Source: Methanopyrus kandleri AV19 (GTDB lineage Archaea; JAADCQ01; Methanopyri; Methanopyrales; Methanopyraceae). Taken from it: 32,000 nt of DNA. Shown here piece by piece: positions 24,566 through 32,000 of the stretch; position 1 is the stretch's first letter, and each line of letters opens with the position of its first letter. The translations under genes and the position numbers were made by a program. The notes under the pieces were generated by a model. That model did no database searches and had not been told where the DNA came from. It saw only the letters and a list, made by a program, of their open reading frames with translations. Where the stretch lies: assembly GCF_000007185.1 (NCBI RefSeq), contig NC_003551.1, positions 840,001 to 872,000 of the forward strand, written 5' to 3'.

Positions 24566-24573
24566 ATTATAAA
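24566..24573 (-). promoter_or_regulatory. TATA box for tRNA-His
   Basis: The minus strand reads AAACCTTTATAATCAAGC. TTTATAAT begins 29 nt upstream of the mature tRNA 5' end. It contains the TAA stop codon (24567-24569) of the upstream membrane-protein gene. Confidence 0.55.
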
Positions 24574-26555
24574 GGTTTCCGACCGGCCGCCCAGACCACC
24601 GAAACCAACACCGCCAGTATGCAGCCCGCTAAGTACGCTCTACTTTGGTGCCTCTCCCAACCCACGTAGCGGACGATCGCGGGCTTTCCGTCGGTCTTTA
24701 CCAGCATATAGGGACCTACGGGACATACCTGTCCCTCACGCCCGTTCACAGCCCAGAACGGGGCCCATCCCCATGGAATCAGTACGAACTCGGCTCTTCC
24801 GGGCGTTCGAACCTCGATCTCGTCCGAGTCGATCCTCAGCGCGTCATCACGCGGTCCGTTAACGACGTCTACGTACTTCACCAGCCTCGCGCTTACCTCG
24901 TCGACATCGGCACCCCAAGACCACGGGAGGAGGCCACCTGAAACCCTCATCACGACCCTCGCCCGTTTAACCAGCCCCAGTTTTACCGCCTCTCTCCAGC
25001 CCATCTTATCGACCACGAGTACGTCCCCGGTCCAAGGCAACTCGTTGGGATCGAGCTCTTGTCCCGACATTACGGTCCTGGGGTACACCCCGGGCACTAT
25101 CGGCGGTCGTCCTAAGGCACCTGCCAGCTTCGCCCACAGGATGCCATACAGGCTGAACGATCCCACGTACAGTACCTTGAACCGCTTCACAGGCACCGCG
25201 TCGTCCAGCGTTAATACGGGTCTCCCACACCAGCTCACACGGTCCCTTCCCGTCGATCTCCGGACGGCGGTACCTCTAACGTCCACGTATCCGATCGGGA
25301 GGGCTCGCAGGTACGGGTCGAGCTCCTTCCTGGTGACTTCCACGGCCTTCGAGAACTCCCAGCGGCTGGCGTACAGGTACGAGCATACGGACGGATCGTT
25401 TACCAGCACCAGGACCGGAGTGAGCGATTGCAACTGCGGTTCCGAAGCCCCCTGATAGAACGCTCCGGCTATCGAGTAAACGGGCTTTCCGGAGAATTCC
25501 GGTGACAGGGCCTCGAACCCGTTGTCGCCGGCTACCAGTACCCTCCAACTCGCCGTTCCGGCGGATTCCCAGTGCATGGGCTGGAACGATACCATCAGTG
25601 CTAGGATGGGGAACCCTACCGCCGAAAGACCCGATCCGAGGTAGGCGATCCGTCGAAGTCGCTCGTAACGCTCGACGACTATCATCGACGAGAGTATCGC
25701 CGTCAGCAGTACCCTCCACGGGTCCAGTTGAGACAGCGGCCATACCGGCCCGACGATCGCCTCCGTGGACCACAAGATCGGCCAAGGTAGCACCGGGAGT
25801 ACCGATCCACCGCCTCGGCTCGCCGCGAAAACCGCCCACAGCATTCCCAGTCCGGGAGCTACCCAATGTTCCCACGGGGACGCCCGCGTCCACGCGGGTG
25901 GTACCCATGTGAAGGCCGACGTCAGGAAGTACGTGGACAGGACCGCGGTCGGCACCGCCGGCAAGAGCGCCAAGAGAAGTCTCCTCTCCTCCATCGACTC
26001 CAGCAGGAGGGCCGGGAGGACGTACAGGGGGTTTCCCAGGAGCGATAACATCCATAACCACAGTACCGGCAGACCGCGGAGGACGCTTCCCCTACACCTT
26101 CGTAGAATCAGCGCCGCACCCGCCGTTCCCAACGAAAACGTCGTGACCACCCGGGTGGAGAAGACCTCTACGATCTGGAAGGGCACGCTGGCCGCGTACA
26201 CCATCATAGCCGCGTCGGCTCTAGGAGTGGACATCCCCTTGAATTTGAGTATCGACCAGATCCAGCACGGTAGTGAGCGGTAGACACCGTCGATCAGCGT
26301 GCACGCGAGATAGGGATCCGCGAGCCACCGGTGGAAGAGCACCGCGGGTAGGAAGGGGAGTACCGGATAGTCGATCATCGGGGGCCTACCCGTGTACGAG
26401 TAGGGATCCCAGTCTCCTCTGGCTAGCCCTCTCGTCCCGAGCAAGTACACCTTATGTGCTTGCACGGCCAGGTCCATAACTACGGCGTGTTTCCCCCAAA
26501 GTTCAGGGATGGCAGGCGAAAGACTAGCTACCGTGACGAGGAGCGAAACGGCCAC
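24567..26555 (-). CDS. Polytopic membrane protein, YfhO/GT-C-like (putative glycosyltransferase), with an extracytoplasmic domain and a C-terminal TM anchor
   Basis: Many hydrophobic segments in the N-terminal ~400 aa. A loop motif ARGDWDPYSYTGRPPMIDYP follows the first helices. The C-terminal module is PWGWAPFWAVNGREGQVCPVGPYMLVKTDGKPAIVRYVGWERHQSRAY, followed by a TM helix. The start is uncertain: GTG 26555 is chosen, and track GTG 26675 would overlap the carB 3' end by 82 nt. Confidence 0.65.
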   Translation of the reverse strand: MAVSLLVTVASLSPAIPELWGKHAVVMDLAVQAHKVYLLGTRGLARGDWDPYSYTGRPPMIDYPVLPFLPAVLFHRWLADPYLACTLIDGVYRSLPCWIWSILKFKGMSTPRADAAMMVYAASVPFQIVEVFSTRVVTTFSLGTAGAALILRRCRGSVLRGLPVLWLWMLSLLGNPLYVLPALLLESMEERRLLLALLPAVPTAVLSTYFLTSAFTWVPPAWTRASPWEHWVAPGLGMLWAVFAASRGGGSVLPVLPWPILWSTEAIVGPVWPLSQLDPWRVLLTAILSSMIVVERYERLRRIAYLGSGLSAVGFPILALMVSFQPMHWESAGTASWRVLVAGDNGFEALSPEFSGKPVYSIAGAFYQGASEPQLQSLTPVLVLVNDPSVCSYLYASRWEFSKAVEVTRKELDPYLRALPIGYVDVRGTAVRRSTGRDRVSWCGRPVLTLDDAVPVKRFKVLYVGSFSLYGILWAKLAGALGRPPIVPGVYPRTVMSGQELDPNELPWTGDVLVVDKMGWREAVKLGLVKRARVVMRVSGGLLPWSWGADVDEVSARLVKYVDVVNGPRDDALRIDSDEIEVRTPGRAEFVLIPWGWAPFWAVNGREGQVCPVGPYMLVKTDGKPAIVRYVGWERHQSRAYLAGCILAVLVSVVWAAGRKPL

Positions 26556-26593
26556 GGCCTCGAATTTAGACGACCTGATGCCGTTCCCCCGGT

Positions 26594-28288
26594 CTAATCG
26601 TACCGCAGCGCTTCGCACTCCTCCTCGTACGTCGAGTAGAAGTACGGCGAGACCGCGGCGAACTCCGCGGCGCACGTATCCACCAGTTTGTACGTGGCCT
26701 CCACACCGACACCCAGCCGAGCCTCCCGGATCTCGTCTTCGTCCACCCCGAGCAGCTCCGCTATCTGCTCGTCCGAGAAACCCGTCCGCTTGACCTCGCG
26801 GACGAACTCCACGGTTTCCTCGTCCGCCTCCCCGGTCCGGATGAACTCGAGCAACTCATCCTTCCTTCGTACGATCTCGTGTTCCATCTCGACGATCCGC
26901 TTCACCTTCTCCACGAACCACGGGTCGATACCGGATAGTTCCGAGATCTCCTCCACGCTCATCAGACCGCGCTTCAGTGCGGCGTAGATGCAGAAGATAC
27001 GGCGATCGTTCGGCGTCTCGATCTTGCGGCGGATCTCCTCCGGATCCGCCTCCAGCTCCTCCGGTGAAGGCCCTAAGCCAGGCTCTCCGATTTCCAACGA
27101 TCGAATCGCCTTCTGAAGCGCCTCTTCGAACGTCCGCCCGATGGCCATCACCTCACCCACGGACTTCATCTCCGTTCCTAGCGTCCGGTTCGCCTCCGGG
27201 AACTTGTCGAACGGCCATCGCGGGATCTTCACCACCACGTAGTCCAGGGCCGGCTCGAACGCCGCGTACGTCTCTCCGGTGACCTGGTTCTCGATTTCGT
27301 CCAGTCGCAGCCCTATCGCGATCTTCGCAGCGATCCGTGCGATCGGGTATCCCGTGGCCTTGGACGCCAGCGCCGACGATCGACTGACACGCGGGTTCAC
27401 CTCGATCACCCGGTACTCGCCCGTCTCCCGGTGCAGCGCGAACTGGATGTTGCAACCGCCCTCAACACCCAGCGCGTCGATGATGTGCAGCGCCGCGCTG
27501 CGGAGCATCTGATGCTCCTCCTCGGTTAGCGTCTGAGCGGGCGCGACTACGATAGACTCGCCGGTGTGAACCCCCATCGGATCCACGTTCTCCATGCTGC
27601 ACACCGTGATGCAGTTACCCGATCCGTCCCGCATCACCTCGTACTCGATCTCGGCCCAGCCACCCACGTACTCCTCGATCAGCACCTGGTTCACCCGGCT
27701 GTACTCGAGGCCCCGCTCCACTACCCTCTTCAGCTCCTCCTCGTCCTCCGCGATTCCGCCGCCCGTACCGCCCAGCGTGTAGGCGGGCCGCACCACCACC
27801 GGGTAACCGATTTCCTCCGCTACCTCCTTGGCTTCCTCCACCGAAGAAACCGCCTCGCTCGCGCAGACGGGTTCCCCGATCTTCTTCATGAACGCACGGA
27901 ACTCGTCCCGGTCCTCCGCCCGTACGATGGTCTCCACCGATGTCCCCAGCACCTCTACGTCGTACTCTTCCAAAACGCCCATCTCGTCGAGCTCGACCGC
28001 GATATTGAGACCGGTCTGACCCCCGAGCGTGGGGAGGATTCCGTCGGGTCTCTCCTCCTCGATGATCTTCGCTACGATCCGGGCGTCCAACGGCTCCAGA
28101 TACACTCGATCCGCCATGTTCGGATCCGTCATGATCGTCGCCGGGTTACTGTTCACGAGAACTACTTCAACACCCTCTTCTCTGAGCGCCTTGCAGGCCT
28201 GAGAACCCGAGTAGTCGAACTCTGCCGCTTGACCCACGATGATCGGTCCGGATCCGATGATCAGGACCTTATTCGGAGTCTCGGGCAC
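26594..28288 (-). CDS. carB: Carbamoyl-phosphate synthase large subunit, N-terminal half only (split carB)
   Basis: [50 protein letters not shown] is the canonical CarB N-terminus. An ATP-grasp domain follows. The ORF stops after 564 aa, at the junction where the second ATP-grasp half would begin. The start is GTG. Confidence 0.9.
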   Translation of the reverse strand: MPETPNKVLIIGSGPIIVGQAAEFDYSGSQACKALREEGVEVVLVNSNPATIMTDPNMADRVYLEPLDARIVAKIIEEERPDGILPTLGGQTGLNIAVELDEMGVLEEYDVEVLGTSVETIVRAEDRDEFRAFMKKIGEPVCASEAVSSVEEAKEVAEEIGYPVVVRPAYTLGGTGGGIAEDEEELKRVVERGLEYSRVNQVLIEEYVGGWAEIEYEVMRDGSGNCITVCSMENVDPMGVHTGESIVVAPAQTLTEEEHQMLRSAALHIIDALGVEGGCNIQFALHRETGEYRVIEVNPRVSRSSALASKATGYPIARIAAKIAIGLRLDEIENQVTGETYAAFEPALDYVVVKIPRWPFDKFPEANRTLGTEMKSVGEVMAIGRTFEEALQKAIRSLEIGEPGLGPSPEELEADPEEIRRKIETPNDRRIFCIYAALKRGLMSVEEISELSGIDPWFVEKVKRIVEMEHEIVRRKDELLEFIRTGEADEETVEFVREVKRTGFSDEQIAELLGVDEDEIREARLGVGVEATYKLVDTCAAEFAAVSPYFYSTYEEECEALRYD

Positions 28289-28318
28289 GTGAACCCGCTC
28301 CCGACCGCTCGGATCGGC

Positions 28319-28327
28319 TTAATAAAA
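28319..28327 (-). promoter_or_regulatory. TATA-like element upstream of the carB N-terminal half
   Basis: The minus strand reads CGATTTTATTAAGCC. It is the only AT-rich block near the gene, about 31-39 nt upstream of the GTG start at 28288. Confidence 0.4.
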
Positions 28328-28712
28328 TCGACGGAGGGCAAGTTCGGCGTTACCGGCGCGCGGATCCCCAGTGCAACTTTTCGACCCTTGCCATTTAACT
28401 GGGGTGAACGTACGGAACGAGTCGATTCTCCGAGCACGGGCGGTGTGCACGGGTAGTGTGGGAGGAAGACACAGTATTATCGACGGTTCACCGCGAGTGG
28501 GGGTTGGCAACTTCGATTTAAGCCCATGAGCTTTTTCATCAGGGAATGTTTTATTGCCCACGGCGAGGGAAAGGGCCGCGGTGTTCACGTTTCGGACATT
28601 TCTCGGAAGTTGAGATAACGAGACTACGGGTGCCCGGCGCGAGTGGCGTTTCGTCCCTTCAGGGGGCCGAGGATTGTCGTCAGACCCACGACGTCCAACC
28701 AAGGTACCCTGG

Positions 28713-29447
28713 GTGAAGGCGATGGTTATCGGACTAATCGCGGTAATGAGCGCGAAGGCATTGTTTCACGAGTGGGTAGTTGCCACACTCCATCCCACGA
28801 ACAAGGACCGTCTAGTAATGAAGGTCGAACGCGTACCATGCCGTACCGGGGACGATCTACGGCCGGGAAATGTCGAAGTATACGCTAAGGTATACGGATG
28901 TACCAAGTACGCTACACTCGGGTACGGATCTCAAGATCCCCGTCGGATCCTCGTACCCGCGCTCCCACCACGGCTCATGTCACTAACCGTAACGGTTGCT
29001 GGCAACGTGATTCGGGTGTTCAGAACGTGTTTTCCCGCCCCGTTTATCATAGTAACCGCGACTAAATTACCCCGAATTTCCGTAAACCAGTACGAGATTC
29101 GAATACATTCACCTTGTAAGATTCTACTCCAACCTACCGTCACGGGGCTACTGAAGTACTTCCCTCCAGTGTTCATAACTGACGGAAAGTCTACGAGGAA
29201 TCCTACCCATCTCACGTGCCGAAATGTCGCAATCATCATGCCGTACGCGCTCACAGTGATGGGTGGATTAACTCCAATCGACGTAGTATCTGTCGTCTCA
29301 GTGTCCGGTGAACGGCTAGTCGTCAACGCCTCTTCAGTATACGCTCCTAAGGGGGTCACAATTAAGTGGGAGCCTATCTGTCCTCTCATTTGGACCACTT
29401 ACGCGGACATAGTTTGGAGATGGCCGTACTGGCCATACTCACTGTGA
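28713..29447 (+). CDS. Hypothetical secreted, Cys-containing basic protein
   Basis: From GTG 28713 the N-terminus (M)KAMVIGLIAVMSAKA/LF looks like a Sec signal peptide with an A-K-A cleavage site. The protein has 8 Cys and one NAS sequon, and its composition is atypically basic and low-GC. The track ORF starts at TTG 28674 and the first ATG is at 28722. Confidence 0.5.
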   Translation: MKAMVIGLIAVMSAKALFHEWVVATLHPTNKDRLVMKVERVPCRTGDDLRPGNVEVYAKVYGCTKYATLGYGSQDPRRILVPALPPRLMSLTVTVAGNVIRVFRTCFPAPFIIVTATKLPRISVNQYEIRIHSPCKILLQPTVTGLLKYFPPVFITDGKSTRNPTHLTCRNVAIIMPYALTVMGGLTPIDVVSVVSVSGERLVVNASSVYAPKGVTIKWEPICPLIWTTYADIVWRWPYWPYSL

Positions 29448-30883
29448 CAGCCCTCGTGATAATTCCGGAGGACGTCCCTACCATCCCTTATGTGTCGCTT
29501 ATATCGATATCTTCAATCAAAGCGGCACACGACAGCCTACGTTCGGGAGAGCTACCACAGTGGAATCCATACCTTGGTGGTGGTTTCCCTTTAGCCCCGA
29601 CTCCGTACTACCTCCTCCACGCGCTCGGTAGAACGGGGTTGATAATAGCAATATTACTGTTATCGGTTTTAGTTCTATTACTAGCATCAAATGTAAACAA
29701 TATGTTGCGCGTGGTGATAACATTACCGGCAGTATTATTGTCCTTGATCATTCCCTCTCCGTTACCACTGATATTGGCTTCATACGCGCTAGGTTTCATC
29801 GGGAACAACCCGCTGTTGAGAACCGTTGGTTCCATAGGGATACCTGACGTGGCGCTGAGCATCGAGCTGGGGATCCGAAACCCTTCGCTCCCGGTGCTAC
29901 TGGCCTCATCTGCGTGCCTCGTGGATTGCCTCGTGGCCACCTTCGGCGCTGTCCCGTTGTTGACCTCACGTCCGGGTCCTATCCCTCTTCTATTAATTCT
30001 GTTAATAACTGTAGTGGCCATCCTACCAGCACTGATGGCTCTAGCAATGCTGGGTAGAATCTACCCGGACTACCGCTGGAAGTTTTCGGGAATTACCGCC
30101 ATTATTCTCTTCGGAGTTCAAACGTACCTACATGAGCTTCCAACAGCCTTAGCAACCCCAATAATACTATTTTCTTTACTTGTTCTCAAAAATTTTAACA
30201 CTCATCTTGATAGGCGAATCTCAGTAAGATTAAACAGAGTCTCGAAACCACTGCGATTCCTAACTGCTTTAATGTTAGTCCTATTCTTCATCGTGATCTG
30301 TAGCGTCCTCGCTACCCCACGTTTCGCCGTGGTAGGATACAAAGTAGTGGGGTCCAGGACGGGAATGGAATACATCATTTCCTCCGATCCGTGGTTCTCT
30401 GAGTGCGTTAAGCGTGTGCTCTCCGGCCATCCAATCTGGAACACTCCCCTACCGACGGACCCTCATATGGGCCCCGCCTCCCTGCTAGGTTACGAACTAG
30501 GAGATCCACGGGCCGTCCCTCCTCTCTATCCCACGAAGCAGCTCGAGGTCCAACCGAGAGTGGTAGCACCACTCATTTCTTCACCATCGAGCTGGGCCGA
30601 AACCTCTCTTCACGCTCTTCAGCTGGCGGAGGCGGTCGCCTCACGTGGGGCCTCTGTCGGAGAACCTCGACTCAACACTCCCACCGAGATCCGCGGGTAC
30701 GGGTTGGTGGGTCAGGTCTACGATCTCTGGTGGAAGGGAGGTACTCATAGGGGTCTTCTCCTGCAAGTAAACGGTCGGGCCGTTTACGAGCGACCTTCAG
30801 CTTGGCCCTCAGTGGTTCTGACGCTGATGAGTATCGCAGTGGCGGCTATTGAGACGGCTAAGAGAAAGAGCGACACTGTGTAA
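29420..30883 (+). CDS. Polytopic membrane protein, YfhO/GT-C-like
   Basis: After the first TM helix comes SGELPQWNPYLGGGFPLAPTPYYLL. This resembles the G-x-fP-x-W-x-P...GG-x-P loop I associate with YfhO-type GT-C proteins. About 10 hydrophobic segments, a soluble region and a C-terminal TM anchor (WPSVVLTLMSIAVAAI) follow. The first ATG is at 29420 and the track GTG is at 29366. Confidence 0.6.
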   Translation: MAVLAILTVTALVIIPEDVPTIPYVSLISISSIKAAHDSLRSGELPQWNPYLGGGFPLAPTPYYLLHALGRTGLIIAILLLSVLVLLLASNVNNMLRVVITLPAVLLSLIIPSPLPLILASYALGFIGNNPLLRTVGSIGIPDVALSIELGIRNPSLPVLLASSACLVDCLVATFGAVPLLTSRPGPIPLLLILLITVVAILPALMALAMLGRIYPDYRWKFSGITAIILFGVQTYLHELPTALATPIILFSLLVLKNFNTHLDRRISVRLNRVSKPLRFLTALMLVLFFIVICSVLATPRFAVVGYKVVGSRTGMEYIISSDPWFSECVKRVLSGHPIWNTPLPTDPHMGPASLLGYELGDPRAVPPLYPTKQLEVQPRVVAPLISSPSSWAETSLHALQLAEAVASRGASVGEPRLNTPTEIRGYGLVGQVYDLWWKGGTHRGLLLQVNGRAVYERPSAWPSVVLTLMSIAVAAIETAKRKSDTV

Positions 30884-32000
30884 GCTCGGCTTTGGTGTCG
30901 TTCCCATGCCACGTAGTGTAGTGTGGTGTGTTTTCCGTCGGTCTTGACGAGCATGTAGGGGCCGATGGGACAGGTTTGACCCTCCCGACCGTCCACCGCC
31001 CAGAACGGAGCCCAAGCCCAAGGAACAACCACGAATCGATGACCCCGCGAATCCAACACGTACCTATCGTTCGACACCCGGTGTAGAGCGTCATGAATTG
31101 GGCTGAGCTTCACGCACGACTCCTTGACCAGTTTCTTGACTATTGGAGAGTGTAGCGGGTGGTGTACGGGACCTAGAACGTGGACGTGGTGTGTTATCCT
31201 CCTCAGTCGCCGCACTACCTTCGACGGGGGTTCAGCGTCGAAAGCCCTACTGGAGTAAACTACGATCACTTCTTTCGCTTCTTTTGCCAGCTTCTCAGTT
31301 TCAGGATAGCTCAGCGCCTCTGAGTCTACTATGAGTATATCTCCCGACCACGGTATTTGCTCGGCGGATAATGACTGCCCACGTTCTACATTATACGGTC
31401 GTATCAGCGGTATCATCGGAAAGTGTCCGGTGGGAGCACTTCTAACTAAGTTAAGCCACAAAAAGCTATAATCAGTGTATGATCCTATGTATATCACTTT
31501 GACACTTGTCATTGGAATTATATCCCACAATGACAGTGTTGGTTTTTGACTGAAAGTGAATCCAACGATGTCGGAGTAGCTTCTAATAGTCTTAATATCG
31601 GCTCCATAATCTACACTTGTTAGCGGTAAGAGAGTCAAAACTTTGCGTGCGATATCTTCATCAAAAAGGTGACGCTGACCTGGATGTGCTAGTTGTTCAC
31701 AGCATTCTCTACCGCCGCTATTGAGGAATAAAATAGAAGACAGTATTCGTGAGCTTACTTCGGAGCATCCTTGGTAAAATGCACCTCCTAAAATGTATGT
31801 TGGACGTTCAGATAATGTGCTTAATGGGCATGCTAATGAGAATAATCCTAAATGGGCATTGGATGCCCTATAATCATGCGAAACGATTGCAGGTGAGGAA
31901 AACTCGTATTCAACAACAATTGGAATCATTGGTGTGGGGCTTATAACTTTTAATATGATGCCTACGCTAACAAGAGCAAATATTGCAGAATATGTTGTGA
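30784..32000 (-). CDS. Paralog of the 702-aa membrane protein; the 5' end lies outside the window
   Basis: The frame stays open upstream of the track's ATG 31929 to the window edge. The extra residues TTYSAIFALVSVGIILKVISPTP are a TM helix. The C-terminal module FVVVPWAWAPFWAVDGREGQTCPIGPYMLVKTDGKHTTLHYVAWERHQSRAY is 40/52 identical to the 24639-24794 product. The middle region is also alignable (GGAFYQGCSE; VKVIYIGSYTDYSFLW; IPWSGDILIVD). Confidence 0.7.
   Translation of the reverse strand, partial: TTYSAIFALVSVGIILKVISPTPMIPIVVEYEFSSPAIVSHDYRASNAHLGLFSLACPLSTLSERPTYILGGAFYQGCSEVSSRILSSILFLNSGGRECCEQLAHPGQRHLFDEDIARKVLTLLPLTSVDYGADIKTIRSYSDIVGFTFSQKPTLSLWDIIPMTSVKVIYIGSYTDYSFLWLNLVRSAPTGHFPMIPLIRPYNVERGQSLSAEQIPWSGDILIVDSEALSYPETEKLAKEAKEVIVVYSSRAFDAEPPSKVVRRLRRITHHVHVLGPVHHPLHSPIVKKLVKESCVKLSPIHDALHRVSNDRYVLDSRGHRFVVVPWAWAPFWAVDGREGQTCPIGPYMLVKTDGKHTTLHYVAWERHQSRAYTVSLFLLAVSIAATAILISVRTTEGQAEGRS

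Noticed and set aside
28572-28580. A GGGCCGCGG 9-mer identical to the tRNA-His 3' acceptor region, considered as a possible att site bounding an island from 24.5 to 28.6 kb
   Set aside because: A 9-mer match is near chance expectation in GC-rich DNA. The enclosed segment also contains core carB at normal GC, which is inconsistent with an integrated element.
28319-28702. A 127-aa minus-strand ORF filling the carB upstream spacer
   Set aside because: Its composition is strongly basic and P/R/S-rich, unlike real proteins in this window. It would run through the carB TATA-like element. It has no motif. It is more likely a chance ORF in a non-coding region.

Overview
This is a compact, high-GC archaeal chromosome segment. 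Hand counts on sampled 60-nt lines give about 57-70% GC up to roughly 28.5 kb. It is most likely from a Methanopyrus kandleri-like hyperthermophilic methanogen. Supporting signs are very acidic E/R/V-rich proteins, the F420 FO-synthase genes cofG/cofH, the COG1900 homocysteine pathway, a stand-alone N-terminal half of carB, a tRNA-His with C instead of U at position 8, and C/D-box sRNAs packed into tiny spacers.

Gene order:
- glmU-like (partial) and glmM, minus strand.
- An aTrm11-like tRNA methyltransferase, followed by a C/D-box sRNA.
- A minus-strand array of four radical-SAM genes: cofG, cofH, a SPASM rSAM and a B12 rSAM.
- ileS-alaS, then a 373-bp non-coding spacer.
- nrdD and an orphan 540-aa gene.
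- A second C/D-box sRNA candidate.
- A four-gene plus-strand operon: NIL-ferredoxin, U32-like, a 120-aa protein, and a Cys-poor U32-like paralog.
- This operon converges on thiI and COG1900-CBS (homocysteine synthesis).
- An AIM24-like protein with an acidic Y/E and F/D repeat tail.
- tRNA-His, then a 702-aa YfhO/GT-C-like membrane protein.
- The carB N-terminal half, then a structured 385-bp spacer.
- From about 28.5 kb to the window end, a segment of clearly lower GC (30-47% on sampled lines). It encodes a secreted Cys-rich protein and two more paralogs of the membrane protein.

Many starts are GTG or TTG, and several gene pairs share 4-nt start/stop overlaps (ATGA, GTGA, TTGA). I saw no CRISPR array, transposase or integrase.

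All functional calls rest on motifs read by eye and remembered family features. No database search was possible. Start codons are often uncertain by tens of codons.
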